A stretch of DNA of 20,000 bases from Vicugna vicugna (GCA_013265495.1 MU058065.1:929592-949591), one strand, 5' to 3'; counted from the first letter of the stretch, positions 1-11,019 are shown. The notes: generated from the letters alone by a model not told the origin. A program made the numbers and translations.

Positions 1-1084
1 AAGAACTCTGCAAACTTGTTTGTATTGATTAAAGTCTGCAAAGAAAACACATTTATTTACATTGATGTGTGAAACTGGCTGCAGTAATGGAATACTGTAC
101 TACCTGCTTCAGTATTGGACCCTGAAAATCAACTATAGGGCACTGAAGCCATTGTTTTCTGCTTGTAAACAGAAGTTCTTTAAATTCCATAACAAGCCCA
201 CTATGCTTGAAATAACCTGCCAAAATATGACATCTAAAGCGTGTATGTCCATATTCACCTATTTAGATTAGCTAAAGGCCACAAAATATTGGTTTATTCT
301 GAATTTTCCAGCTATGCTCAAATGCATACATTACTTTTGAAGAAAAGCAAAACAAGTCCTATGTTTACAAAGGCATTAATTTGTTTGCCGATTCTTAAAA
401 TAAGAGCCTTGCTAAAGTCATTAAAAAATAAACAAAACTCAATTCTATGAAATATCTTAGTGTAAAGCGTTCAACTTAGAAAAGAATCTTTCCTCTGTGT
501 GTGCTGCTTGACTACAATTAAAGAATGCTCTGGTCTTGTGGAATTTCCAGTTTTAGCCACGTAGGGTCTAACCAACCTTCCATCTCACAGGTTTCAGTGG
601 TACTTACCAGATTCTTTCAAAATAGAGTTGTTCTTTTTCTGGAAAGATCACTTACAATTATATCCAGGAAACAATGCTTAGAGTTTATTTTTAAAAGGAA
701 GAGGAAGTGTAGGGCAAGATTAAAGCCTGCGATCGCCGCAGAGCCTCCACCCAAGGAGGCCTCTTAAATCTAAGTTCTATCTCTTTATTATGCCTCTTCA
801 GAGGGTGATTTGGAGCTGTTGGCTTCTTCCTCCACAAAGAAAAAAGGGAAATTCTGGCAAAATTAGGCTGAAAACACTAACATTAACTTTTCGAAGTCTT
901 TGAGGAAATAAACCATATAAGTAGCCGATTTTTAATTAGGCTTAATAATTCTCAAAAATCAATCCTACGTTTGGAAAAAGGGTTATCAGTAAGGAGTAGT
1001 AACTCCACATACTAGATTTAACGTCAAAAAGAGCAGTAACTGGTAACAGTAATTACAGTTTTAAATAGTATTAGAAAGCAATCT

Positions 1085-1265
1085 CACCTATGTTCCATTT
1101 AATCTTGACATGGGCCTTATGACACAGGTAAATGTATCTTGTACTCCTCAGAGAAGCCTTTAAATCTCCCTTTTATCATTTGTAAGATTGTGATAATAAA
1201 TTATACTTAACTTGCCTAATCTTTTGTATTGTGGAAAATAAAATGATCCCTATGACAAATACCAA
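1085..1265. mobile_element. Highly diverged MIR SINE core fragments (possibly one minus piece ~1085-1145 and one plus piece ~1165-1265)
   Basis: 'ccatttaatcttgacatgggccttatgacacaggta' resembles the antisense MIR core. 'ttttatcatttgtaagattgtgataataa...gtggaaaataaaatga' resembles the sense core (catctgtaaaatggggataataa...gtgaggattaaatga). Confidence 0.3.
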
Positions 1266-1669
1266 AAAAAAATTAAATTAGACACTAATGTATGTTATTG
1301 TACTCAAGATAAGGAGAGAATTGGAGTTTTCAGATAGCGATTTAAAAAAACAGAAACAATGTATTAAAAACTATGAAGAAAATCAAATTAATTGTGAGGT
1401 ACACATCCACACATCCACACAGGGTCTTATGCTGTGTATCTTCATGTTTCACAGTCTGGGCATCTTTGAAATGATATTTGCTCTGTGCTTACCATTGCAT
1501 CTTTAGTCCCTGGAGAAACTGTTAAATAAATGAATGACGTAAATAATGTAACTATCTAGAACAAGGGTCAAATAGGTCTAGCGAAAGACCACATATTAAA
1601 ATCATGCTGAGCTAATTCTCTGACCCCAGAAGACATTAGCTTAGAAATTAAATAAACAAACAAAATGGC

Positions 1670-2115
1670 TAGCTAAAAAATACAATGTTCAGAAATTGCA
1701 TAATATATTTTAAATTAATTCATTTCAAATTAAAATATAAAGTAGAAATATTTTTAACAGAATGATAACAGAAACATAACATATCAAAACTTCTGGGAAC
1801 CGAAAATTTATTAAATTTGTAAAATGAAAATTGACACCGCAATGGAGTACTGACACAACACCAGAATAACTATGACTGAAATATTGATGATAACAAGTGT
1901 TGATGAGGCTGAGGAGAAACTGGAACCCTCTTAGGTTGCTGATAGAAGAAAACAATTTACACAGCCACTTTAGAGAAGTAGTTGGTAGTATCTGTTATAG
2001 GAGAACATTTGCATACCCCTTTCACAGCACTGTAGGATCTCTTTTTAATCCAGGCAGGGCCTTCCAAACATTTACCCTTCATAATACACAGAAAATGATG
2101 TTCATTTAACACACT
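1670..2115 (+). mobile_element. Ancient L1M/L1ME fragments (post-endonuclease ORF2 piece joined to ORF2-end/3' region piece)
   Basis: 'gaatgataacagaaacataacatatcaaaacttctggga' matches L1 ORF2 (ENENTTYQNLWD region). 'aacaagtgttgatgaggctgaggagaaactggaaccctc...ttgctg...cagccacttt...gcataccc' matches the L1ME ORF2 C-terminal region. Confidence 0.75.
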
Positions 2116-2189
2116 GAGGGAAACTGAGGACACTTTTGTGGCATGAGGTCATCAAATTTAGTACCAATGAACCATCCAGTCATCCTGAG

Positions 2190-2452
2190 GATTAATGTTC
2201 AATGCATAGGACATTTTCATCTAAGCACACCGGTGTGCTAGACCCATACCTTTTGGGAAGCTCCGTTCTTGGTAACTAAACTGTAATTGGAGGAGAGAGA
2301 CAATACATGTGAATATTTCTATCATGTATACATTTTTATTTATATAATAGTAAATGCTAAATCCTCCAAGGGGTGTGCTCTATTAGGATAGGAAACAGCC
2401 CCTAAGAATGGAAACATAGGAAAAGAAGTCATAGAGGTAGTGAGACTTGGGT
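2190..2452 (-). mobile_element. Degenerate L2 3' fragment
   Basis: Weak similarity to antisense L2 3' end ('tgtgctagac', 'ggagagagacaatacatg', 'aaatgcta', 'gaagtcatagaggtagtgagacttg'). Confidence 0.35.
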
Positions 2453-2605
2453 TTTACGTCTTTCTTAAAAATTACACCCCCAAAAAATTTCCACTTAAAT
2501 CTGTGCTGTCAAAAATGTCAGTCTAACTATTATCATTTTGAAATCTGTCTCAAGGCCTTGGTGAAATGAGGTAGGATATAAAGCTATATTTTGAAAAATG
2601 GTTTT

Positions 2606-3135
2606 GTCTTCTGCTTCTGGGAAGATGATGTAGGCATACTTTTCCACAAAGAATAGCTATGAATTCTGGGAATTACATATAGAATAAACAAAAGATTCTA
2701 AACAGCAGAGAGAAGGAAGATCATCTAGGGACCTTGGGACACAAGGGACAGCATGCTGGCAAGTTCTGCAGATTTTCTTTTAGTCTTATTTATGGCAGAC
2801 CTGGAGCAGAAGAAGCAGGTAATCTGGAAATGTCAGCAGGAACTGACGAAACAGTAGCCTCAACAAAAGACTTCTCTCTCTAGCCAGAGGACCAAGACAG
2901 AGGCAGCAAGACAGAAATCTTTTAGAAAATAACTACTCTAGCCAAACATTGCAGAAAGAGCCATGGTGCCACATCAATTCATGTCAGCAGACCTTGAGTG
3001 GGAAGTCGAGAACATCTACTCTTGCGCAGGTGTAAGGCTTCCCAGTACATCCCTGCCAGGTGGCTTCAAAGAAGGCCAGGGAGGGAGCTGGCACTGTCCT
3101 CCCTGCTGGACAGAATGAAAGTGAACTCCCAGCCC
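2606..3135 (+). mobile_element. L1M 5' UTR (L1MCa/L1MDa 5'-end type)
   Basis: Begins 'cttctgcttctgggaagatg' and continues 'ctagggaccttgggac', 'ctggagcagaagaagcaggtaatctggaaa', 'caacaaaagacttctctctctagccagaggacca', 'gcaagacagaaatcttttagaaaataac', colinear with the recalled L1MC/MD 5' end consensus. Confidence 0.8.
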
Positions 3136-3147
3136 CGGGGTATATTA

Positions 3148-4948
3148 CATAGGTAGTTTGAATAACATTGTAAATACTAAGGCTAATTAGTTCATACTTT
3201 TAACACTAACAAAAGAAATCTCCAGGTCCATATGGTGTTCCTGAAATATCAGACTTTTAAGGAAAAGCTAATAACAATCCTATATAATTTTTCCAGAAAA
3301 TAGAAGAAGGAGGGATACTTCCCAGTTCACTTTTTATAACTAGTATTACCCTGGTACCCAAACCATACAAACAGAGTTAAAAATAAAACTATCCGAGAAC
3401 AATATTAGTTATGAATATAGATGTAAAATACCTAACAAAATACTCACATTTAGAATTCAGCAATATATAAAAATAATTATATATCATAAATAAGTGGAAT
3501 TTCTTCCAAGGATGCAAGTCTGGTTTGATATTCAAAGTCAGTCAACATAATCTACCGTATTAACAGGCTAAAGAAGAAAAAACATATTACCATATTAACT
3601 CGTGCAAAAAAGCATTTGACAAAATCTAATTTCCTTCTGTAATTTAACCTAACAAGCAAAAATACCCTTTCATCAGACTCAGAATAAAGAACTTCCTCAA
3701 CTTAATAAAGGATACCAAAGCATATCTGCAGGTAACATTATCCTTAGTGGTGAAAGACTGAAAGCTTTACCTGTAAGTTCAGAAACAAGGCAAGAATATT
3801 CATGTGACAACTCTCAACGTAGTGCTGGAAGAAGTACTTCCCAGTGCAATAAGGTAAGGAAAAGGGGTCAAATGTATGCAGATTAGAAAGGAAAAAAAAA
3901 TTAACTGTCCATGTTTAAAGATGCCATGATTGTCTAAGTAGAAAATCTACACAAAATCACCCCAAAATTTTTAGAACTAATAAGTGAGTTCAACATGGTC
4001 GTAGATATAAGATAAATATACAACTATTGTTTGATTTTTCTATACTAGTTGTGAACACCTGAGCAGTGAAATTAAAAATAAAATGTTTATAACCATTATA
4101 AAAGAGAGATGTTTAATATAAATCTGAGAAAGCATGTATGGAGTTTATGTGCCAAAAGTCACATTCAGATAAAGAAATTACAGTAAATATAAATAAATGG
4201 AGATAATATATAATATTTATGCATATTATATATGTTAGACATAGTATGTAGTAAAAGTATGTTATTCTAAAGTTTATGTAGAAAAACAAAACAATTAAAA
4301 ATTACTTTTAGTTAAATTACAAATTTAACTAAAAATACTTTAAGACTTTTGAAACAATAATAAAAGTGGGAAGATTAAGTCTACACGATTTTCTAGATGT
4401 ATAGCAACAGTAATCAGGACCTTGTGGTATTTGAGGAAGGATACACACAGATCAATGGAAAAGAATAGAACACTCAGAAATACACAAATACGTCCAACTG
4501 ACATTGACAAAGGTGCAAAAACAATTGGAGAAAAGGTAACCTTTCCAATAAATGGCACTGAAACAATTTCGTATCTATAAGGAAAATAATACAAACATCA
4601 ATCTGCTTCACAGCTTATACAAAAATCAACTCAAAATGGATCATGGCTTTAAATGTAAAACATACAATTATAAAATGTTTAGAAACAAAAGCAGGAGAAA
4701 ATCTTCAGGAGCTAGAGTTCGGCAAAGAGATCTTAGACTTGACACAGGAAAAGCACAATCCCAAAATGGGAAGAATTAGATCACATCAAAAAACCTAACT
4801 AAAAAATGGGCCAAATTTCTTAACAGATACCTCACCAGATAAGATATACTGATGGAAAATGAGCAGATGAAGATATGTCCCATATTCATAAGCCAGCAGG
4901 TGAATGCCAAGCAGACAACGAGATGCCACTGCATACCTGCTAGAATGA
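3148..4948 (+). mobile_element. Decayed L1M (L1MC/MD-like) ORF2: RT domain to C-terminal region, with many stops and indels
   Basis: Colinear L1 ORF2 hallmarks: 'ttccagaaaatagaaga...atacttccc', 'ggatgcaagtctggttt', 'aaaagcatttgacaaaat'. The RT motif is degenerate at 3905-3949 (LSMFKDAMIV*VENL vs LSLFADDMIVYVENP). Also 'gatcaatggaaaagaatagaa', 'ttgacaaaggtgcaaaa', 'aaaatcaactcaaaatggatca'. Confidence 0.95.
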
Positions 4949-4949
4949 G

Positions 4950-5357
4950 GTATAAGATTTTGTCTTGCTGGCAGATGCTTTCTAGAAAATCTTTTACTGG
5001 CTTTATGAAGTAAGCAATCATGTGGAAAGGAACTCCTGGCAGCCTCTAGGAATTACGGCCTCTGGGAGCTAAGTGGGAACTTCCGCTAATAACCAACGTA
5101 CGCTGGAGCCCTCAATCCTACGACCACAAAGACATGAATTTTGCTAACAACTTAAGTAACTATGGATTCAGAATGAGCCTCTGTATGAGAACACAGCCCA
5201 GCCCAAAGTTCACTGTAGCTTTATAAGACCTTGAGCAGAAGCCCCATCTAAGCAGTGCCTCAACTCCCAACCCATAGACGCTGTGAGATAATAAACGTGT
5301 ACTGTTGTAAGCTACAAGCTTGTGGTCATTTATCACACAACATAGAAAACTAATATA
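4950..5357 (+). mobile_element. MaLR LTR (MLT1E/F-like), 5'-truncated
   Basis: 'gcagcctctagga', 'gccctcaatcctacgaccacaaagacatgaattttgctaacaac', 'gaccttgagcagaa', 'ctgtgagataataaacgtgtactgttgtaagcta'. Ends 'atagaaaactaatata' (consensus aactaataca). Confidence 0.85.
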
Positions 5358-5399
5358 AATGTCACCTTACTTTTCTCTCCCACACAGCATTGCCTTTAC

Positions 5400-5700
5400 G
5401 CATATGCCATATAGAATTTAAAATTTTTCCTATTGATGGGTATTGGTTATACATGTCTCTTTGCACATAGATACATGTATAATGCAGGATTAGTTCTCAG
5501 TAGTAAGAGTCCATGTTAAATACATGTTCATTAATACTTGAATTGATTTTCAGTATATTCTGTTCAGGAAGTGTACATTTTATGCTTTCTCCAGCACATG
5601 CGAAACTTCCATTCCCCTCAACTGTATTTTATTGCTATTATTTCTGTTTTCCAAAATACTGATAAAATAGTTTAAAATTTTACCCCTTTTTACATTACCA
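5400..5700 (-). mobile_element. Very old L1ME-type fragment, antisense
   Basis: 'cctattgatggg', 'atacatgtctctttgcacat', 'gtgtacattttatgctttctccagca', 'ttccattcccctca' resemble the antisense L1ME 3' region. Confidence 0.5.
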
Positions 5701-6582
5701 ATATTTCAATGCATTTTAAAGTTAAAATTAAATGGCTAATTATCTAACACACATATCAAAAAAATGATTTTCCAAATTCTCTGCCTAAGGCAATGGTTAC
5801 ACCCAATCAAAAGCTCTTAAAGTCAGCAAACGTCTTAACTCATATAGCTGTGCTATTTTTATAAGACATGGATAAATCTGCCTGCTCTATTGAACTGCAA
5901 TGGCTTTGAAGAAAGAATCATATTGTTTTATTAAACTATTGTCATCTTCTACAATACTGTAGGTAGAAATATCAAGCAGTGTCGATACATGTAACTCAAA
6001 ACTACAATTTCATGGAGCGTTTTCCCAGAAGATGCACAAAAATCTGGTATATTTCCAGTGAACTTGTCTTTTAACCTTCCAGAGCAAGAAAGGGCAAAAC
6101 AGTTTTGGATAAATGCCCAGAACCATTAAGACGATGAGTCATGAGTGTCAAGATAACACTTGAAGCAATACACCAATGTGCACAAAGAATGTGTTACTCA
6201 TTTTAGGTTATGAGCCACAGATCTTTGCACAGAGATACCCAGGTGCCTAGAAGTTATGAAGACTTCTCTCAGATCAGTAAGGACTAGATAAACCCCACCC
6301 CTAGAAAATGGGTGATATCAGACACTATACAGTCAGTCTGCCTTCTTCAAGCTTGAGTGTTCCTATTCCTGTCCCATTATGCATTGGGCATGGGAAGAAA
6401 CAGATCCAGTAGGCTGCATCCCTTGGGCAGGGAGGTTCTTTGGTCCTCACCCTTGAGTATCTAAGTGCTAGTGTGGGAAGAAGAGGTATACAGATCCTCG
6501 GGTGTATGGAGGCATGTACTTTACAAGATCAGCTACCATCCCTTAGAGTACATTGTCCCCTCCTCCATGTATTTTTTTAGCA

Positions 6583-6857
6583 ATAGAGACCGCATTTTGT
6601 ATGATTCCATTTATGTGAAATGCTCAGGAAATGCAAATCTCAGTCAGACTGAAAATAAGTTAGTGGTTGCTTAAGGCTGGAGGTGGGAGTGAGAAATGAT
6701 TGAACATAGGCATAAGGGATATTTTGGCGAGATAGAAATGTTTTACAAATGTATAGCTGTGATAATTGCACAACTCTACACATTTACTAAAATTCATTGA
6801 ATTTTACATTGAATTTTATGGCCTGTAAATTATACATTAATAAAGCAGTTAAAATAA
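6583..6857 (+). mobile_element. L1 3' UTR end (L1MB/L1ME-like)
   Basis: 'tgtatgattccatttatgtgaaatg', 'gttagtggttgcttaaggctgg', 'gaaatgttttac', 'ttgcacaactct', 'gtaaattatacattaataaagc', then an A-rich tail. Confidence 0.9.
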
Positions 6858-6959
6858 GAAATAGAATGCTCTAATAAACAAATAACCATTAAAATAAAAG
6901 ATTGCTTATAAAAAAATAAAAATATCTCCTAACCTAATTTACCTCCACTTTCAACTCCA

Positions 6960-7440
6960 AAGGAAAACAGACTTATAGGATTTTAAAGGCAAGCTTATAT
7001 CAAAACTCCAAGCAGTAGATAATGCATACAAATTACTTCAGAGAAAAAAAGAGAGAAGACAACATACTTCAATGTATACATGGTAATGCAGTTTTATAGT
7101 AAAACTCATGTAGCATCGTAAAAGAAAAATAATAAAATAATCACACGTGTGAATGTAAACGAAAACATCCCATATGAAGGTCCATCACATTGCATTTCAC
7201 ATGATATTAACAAAAATTGTAATAAAGTAGAATCTATCCCAAGAATATAAGAATGTTCAAGGTCAAAAGCTTGAGCCATTTTATCGACTGTGGTATAAAA
7301 AAACTATGCGATTATCTCAATAGATAGCAGAGAAGTTAGTATAAACACAACACCCATTTACAATAAAAACAAAACTCTTAGCATCCTAGAAATAAAGTGA
7401 AATACTTTTAAGTTGATCAAAGTTTTTTAATCAAAACTAT
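6960..7440 (+). mobile_element. Heavily diverged L1 ORF2 RT-region fragment
   Basis: 'aaattacttcagagaaaaaaag', 'tatcccaagaatataagaatgttcaa', 'gattatctcaatagatagcagagaag', 'caacacccatttacaataaaaac...ctcttagc...ctagaaataaag' follow L1 RT order. Confidence 0.7.
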
Positions 7441-7559
7441 GTATATTATAATATTTCATTTTAAGGCTCAAAAACACAAATTATGTTTCTTTCATTACTG
7501 CAACACACTATATTTTTATACTGTTTTTTCCTGTGTTCAAAAAAAGGCAAATAGCATAA

Positions 7560-8050
7560 TTTAAAAGTATAATTAATTCCTTTTTTCATTTTCATACAGC
7601 AGCTTATGTTTTATTTTTATTTGTATGATTATTATAGGAAGTTCAGAAAAAGAAAACGTTCACTGTGTTTCTTTTGTGGTCATAATTATTATTCACTTAA
7701 GTTTATAACTATTAGACAAATTATTTGTGTTGTATATTGAAGAGGGGTGGTTCAAAAAACAATCTTCTCTTTGTGTCAATTTTGTCCAGGATCCACTGTT
7801 TGAAGAAATTTTTCAGGTCATTAACTAGCATACATTACAACCAACATTTCTCTATGAAAAACATCTCTTACCTCATAAAGTGTTGACATGTTTTTCTACC
7901 AAGCCTTTAGAAATGCAGTATCTTTCATTTAGTGGCCTAGCTCTGGAGAAATACATGATAGTAACTTACTAGAAGACAGTTGTGTTTCTAATGATCATTT
8001 TGCTTATTTTTGTAGCATCAGAAATATTCCTATTAATGTCAGGAAATTTC
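7560..8050 (-). mobile_element. Heavily diverged L1 ORF2 fragment, antisense
   Basis: 'ttgtatattgaagaggggtggttcaa...tcaattttgtccaggatccactgtttgaaga' resembles antisense L1 ORF2 (gtgaggtaggggtccaa...ccagcaccatttgttgaa). The region is T-rich, opposite to its flanks. Confidence 0.45.
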
Positions 8051-8099
8051 AACCCTGCCATAGGCCTGACATTATATATATATCTTCTCCCTAGAGATC

Positions 8100-8330
8100 C
8101 TAAGCCATTCAATAGGCAATCCAAAGAAAAAGTGAAACTCTTTTTATATACAGGTGATGTGATTGCCTAGATAGAAAGCCTACAATATTCTACAGAAAAA
8201 AAAATTAAAACTAATAAGAGCAGAGTACTGCCTAGAAGACCAAGATATAAAAATCAGTAATGTCCTTATACCAACAAAGATATTTATTGAATATGAAAGG
8301 AAAACAGGTATCATTCATAATATTTAAAAG
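8100..8330 (+). mobile_element. L1 ORF2 RT fragment (FADD region)
   Basis: Translates ...EKVKLFLYTGDVIA*IES, matching EEVKLSLFADDMIVYLEN. Followed by 'aaactaataag', 'aagatataaaaatcagtaatg...tatacca'. Confidence 0.7.
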
Positions 8331-8669
8331 GTTGTGATGATCTCAATATTGTGACTACTGAGGAAAAAACACACAAGTCATGGTTGGGAAATATCTAGAA
8401 TAAACTGTTTTATTTTCAAATGGTAAGACTCCTATTTAGTAGTTAAACTGAATAAAAACAAATACATACACATTTACATGTACAGATACATAACCATATA
8501 TGCACATAACAAATGGAGAGAATGACAGGGAGAAAGAGATTCTCAGGAGACAAGATGGTGATGCTCCCAAAGTGACAGAAACAAGCTCAAGAAGCAAATA
8601 AACAAATTGACCTACAACCTGATCTAGAATGCCTTATGGATTTTGTTCACAAGAACAGTTGAGAGAAAT

Positions 8670-8768
8670 ATTATAAAGCTTGTTAATGCTGGAGAGCAGC
8701 TTCACGGGTGACTGTTACATTATTCTCTAGTCTTTTCTGTGCTTCTTAATCTTTTCAAAATCCAAAAC
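8670..8768 (+). mobile_element. L1M (L1MC/ME) extreme 3' end
   Basis: 'acgggtgactgttacattattctctagtcttttctgtg...ttttcaaaat' resembles the terminal consensus (gggtgttcattatactattctctctacttttgtgtatg...tttccataat). Confidence 0.5.
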
Positions 8769-9519
8769 AACCTGCAAAGGAAATAAGAGAAAAACCTGTA
8801 ATTATAATCACAAACTTCTGTATTTACATGAAACACACGTGAGTTACCTCGCTTGCATCAACTGCACACCCACTGTGCAAGTGCGAAGATCCCAACAGTC
8901 TGAAATATAAAAGGAGTGGCTTAGAATTTCCATGTTAAATCTTTCAACCAATTATCTGCCTCGTTGACTTGATCTAAATGCAATTTCAGATTTATGCGAT
9001 TGAAAAGCTCTTAATAAATGAGATTTCTCTTCAGAGGAGTTTTATTTTTTTGCCCCTCTGTAAAATTAATCTTAGTAATGATTTCTAATTTTCTTGAAAG
9101 TACGTCATTTTTATTTTTACTAAAGGGTTAATGAAGAGGACCATACAGGTCGCAAGTTACGCATTCGGTAGATTCCACATTTCTGCACAGTTTTTCCAAC
9201 TTCTAGCTGCTATGGTTTTGACATAAGGTAAAAGGACCAATTACTTGTTGCCATTCCTTACTGTAGGGAGGAGGAAGCTTAAGGGCCACTAGGATGTATG
9301 CTGTTGGCAACTTCCGTGTGCTGGTGGAAGACGTCGTGGTCCTAGGTGGCTTACTGATGCTGGCAAGTGTTTGGATTTTACTTGGCCCCATATAAAGACT
9401 TAGGAAGAGGATTGAGCCTTTTGTTGACTCTCAATGGATTGATGGATTTTTGTTAGATTATCTCACAAAGACAGTAATAGATAAGATCCATATGGTAAAA
9501 ATTCCAAAATTTTAGCATT

Positions 9520-9640
9520 CATAAAAATGATGTAAGGAACTTAATAAAATGCAGATCCCTGGGTTCCAGCCAAAGGCACTTCAAACCAATAGGTTAGGGT
9601 CTGGGCAGGAAATCTGCCTTTTGAACACCGAGCAGCTCAG
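9520..9640. mobile_element. MER5-type (hAT-Charlie) fragment
   Basis: 'aaaatgcagatccctgggttccagcc...gggcaggaaatctgcctttt' matches the internal MER5 palindromic motif. Confidence 0.6.
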
Positions 9641-9798
9641 AGATCACACAAGCGGCACAGTGATGAAGTCATGAGTGGGCAGAAGTGAGATGCTGGTGTC
9701 TCTATTTTCTCCTAGAAATTCCCTGACTCTTCCTACGTCCCCAGTCTACAGAATGGTAAATCTTTAATTCTTGCTTTGGCCAAAAACCAGAGGCAAGT

Positions 9799-10434
9799 TG
9801 AAATCATTTCTTACGACCACCATAAGCCAAGTGCCTGAGGCTGGATGGCTTAAAACAACAGAAGTGTGTTATCGGTTTATCTGCTTCATATCTGCTATCA
9901 TTATATTCAGTGGCTTGTAATAACCTGTAATGAAAAAGAATCTATATGTATAACTGAATCACTATGCTGTGCACCAGAAACTAACACGATATTGTTAATC
10001 AAATATACTTGAATAAAAATACAAAACATCAACCAACCAATTAAATAAGAAATTTATTATCTGACTATTCTGGAAGTTAAAACTCAAATATCAAAATGTT
10101 GGCAGGGCCGTGCTCTCACCTCAGCCTCTACAGGAAGAGCCTTCCTTGCCTTGTCCATTTTCTAGTGGCCCAGGCAATCCCTGGCGTGTGGCAGTGCAAC
10201 ACCATTCTCTGCTTCAGGCTTCACATGGCTGACTTCCCTCTGTGCTGTGTCTCCGTGGCCCCTTTCTCTCTCGTGTAAGGGCCCTCGTCATATTGGACTA
10301 AGGGCCCACCCTTCTTCAGTATGAGCTTATCAAAACTAATTATATCTGCAATAAACTTATTTCCAAATAAGGCCACATTTTAAGGTTCCAGAAAAGACTT
10401 GGATTTGGAGGGATACACGTTTCAACCCAGTACA
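9799..10434 (-). mobile_element. MaLR solo LTR (MLT1B/MLT1C-like), full length, interrupted by an L1 3' end
   Basis: 'ggcttaaaacaacagaa', 'gttggcagggccgtgctc', 'ccttccttgcct', 'agggcccaccct', 'tatttccaaataaggccacatt', 'ttcaacccagtaca'. TG...CA ends. 5-bp TSD caagt (9794-9798) / caaga (10435-10439). Confidence 0.9.
9900..10047 (+). mobile_element. 5'-truncated cetartiodactyl-type L1 3' end nested in the MLT1 LTR
   Basis: 'tatattcag...cttgtaataacctgtaatgaaaaagaatctatatgtataactgaatcactatgctgtgcaccagaaactaacac...aatcaaatatactt', then aataaa and a decayed A-tail. Confidence 0.85.
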
Positions 10435-11019
10435 CAAGACTTAAGCTTCTTAAGGCTTAATATCTTTGGATATGAACTTGAAATAATAAGTTCTTCATAA
10501 ACAAATAAGAAATGACCTTCCTTCTCCCAAGGTTGTTTCACTTTTTTTCCTGTGGAAGTTCTTTTTGAAGGCTTTTCTTCCTAACAAAGATACAACTGTC
10601 ATTCACTTTAGGATTACCACCTTGCTCTCTTTGCAAGATTGGGCACATTCTCAGAAACCAGGGGCTCCTTCAGTACTTGTGTGCACGTACCTATCGAGAG
10701 AGCAGAATATAAAGCTCCTGGGAAGGCAACATTTCATTTTCCTTCACTTGCTAAAAGAAAAACTTTTACAGGGAAGGAATGAAATGACCAGAAAAGGGGT
10801 GAGGAGTAAATCTCCCTAATTTTTTTTTTAACCTTTTTTTAAATACTCAAGTCTGATGAGTATCACTCATTAAGTTTCAAAGAGTAAAAAGCAACGTTGA
10901 TTCATAACAATCCTGAAAAGAGATTTTTTTTGAGGGGGAGTGGGGGGGACACAAATAAAAGAAACTCTAGAAAGTCCAGGTGATAATTTTGTTTCCTGAG
11001 ACCAAGAGATCACAAAAGC

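Noticed and set aside
91..116. 7-bp inverted repeat AATACTG...CAGTATT
   Set aside because: Stem too short for a pre-miRNA and expected by chance.
1401..1537. Short tandem (CACATCCA)x2 and a possible L2 tail ending aaatgaatga
   Set aside because: Trivial slippage duplication. L2 similarity too weak to call.
4340..5021. ORFs at 4340-4594, 4552-4779 and 4776-5021
   Set aside because: Frames within decayed L1 ORF2, not independent genes.
7141..7152. 12-bp palindrome TCACACGTGTGA
   Set aside because: Several palindromes of this length are expected per 20 kb, and it lies inside an L1 relic.
10933..10948. G-rich run as a potential G-quadruplex
   Set aside because: Only two G-tracts (G5 and G7), not four separate G3 runs.
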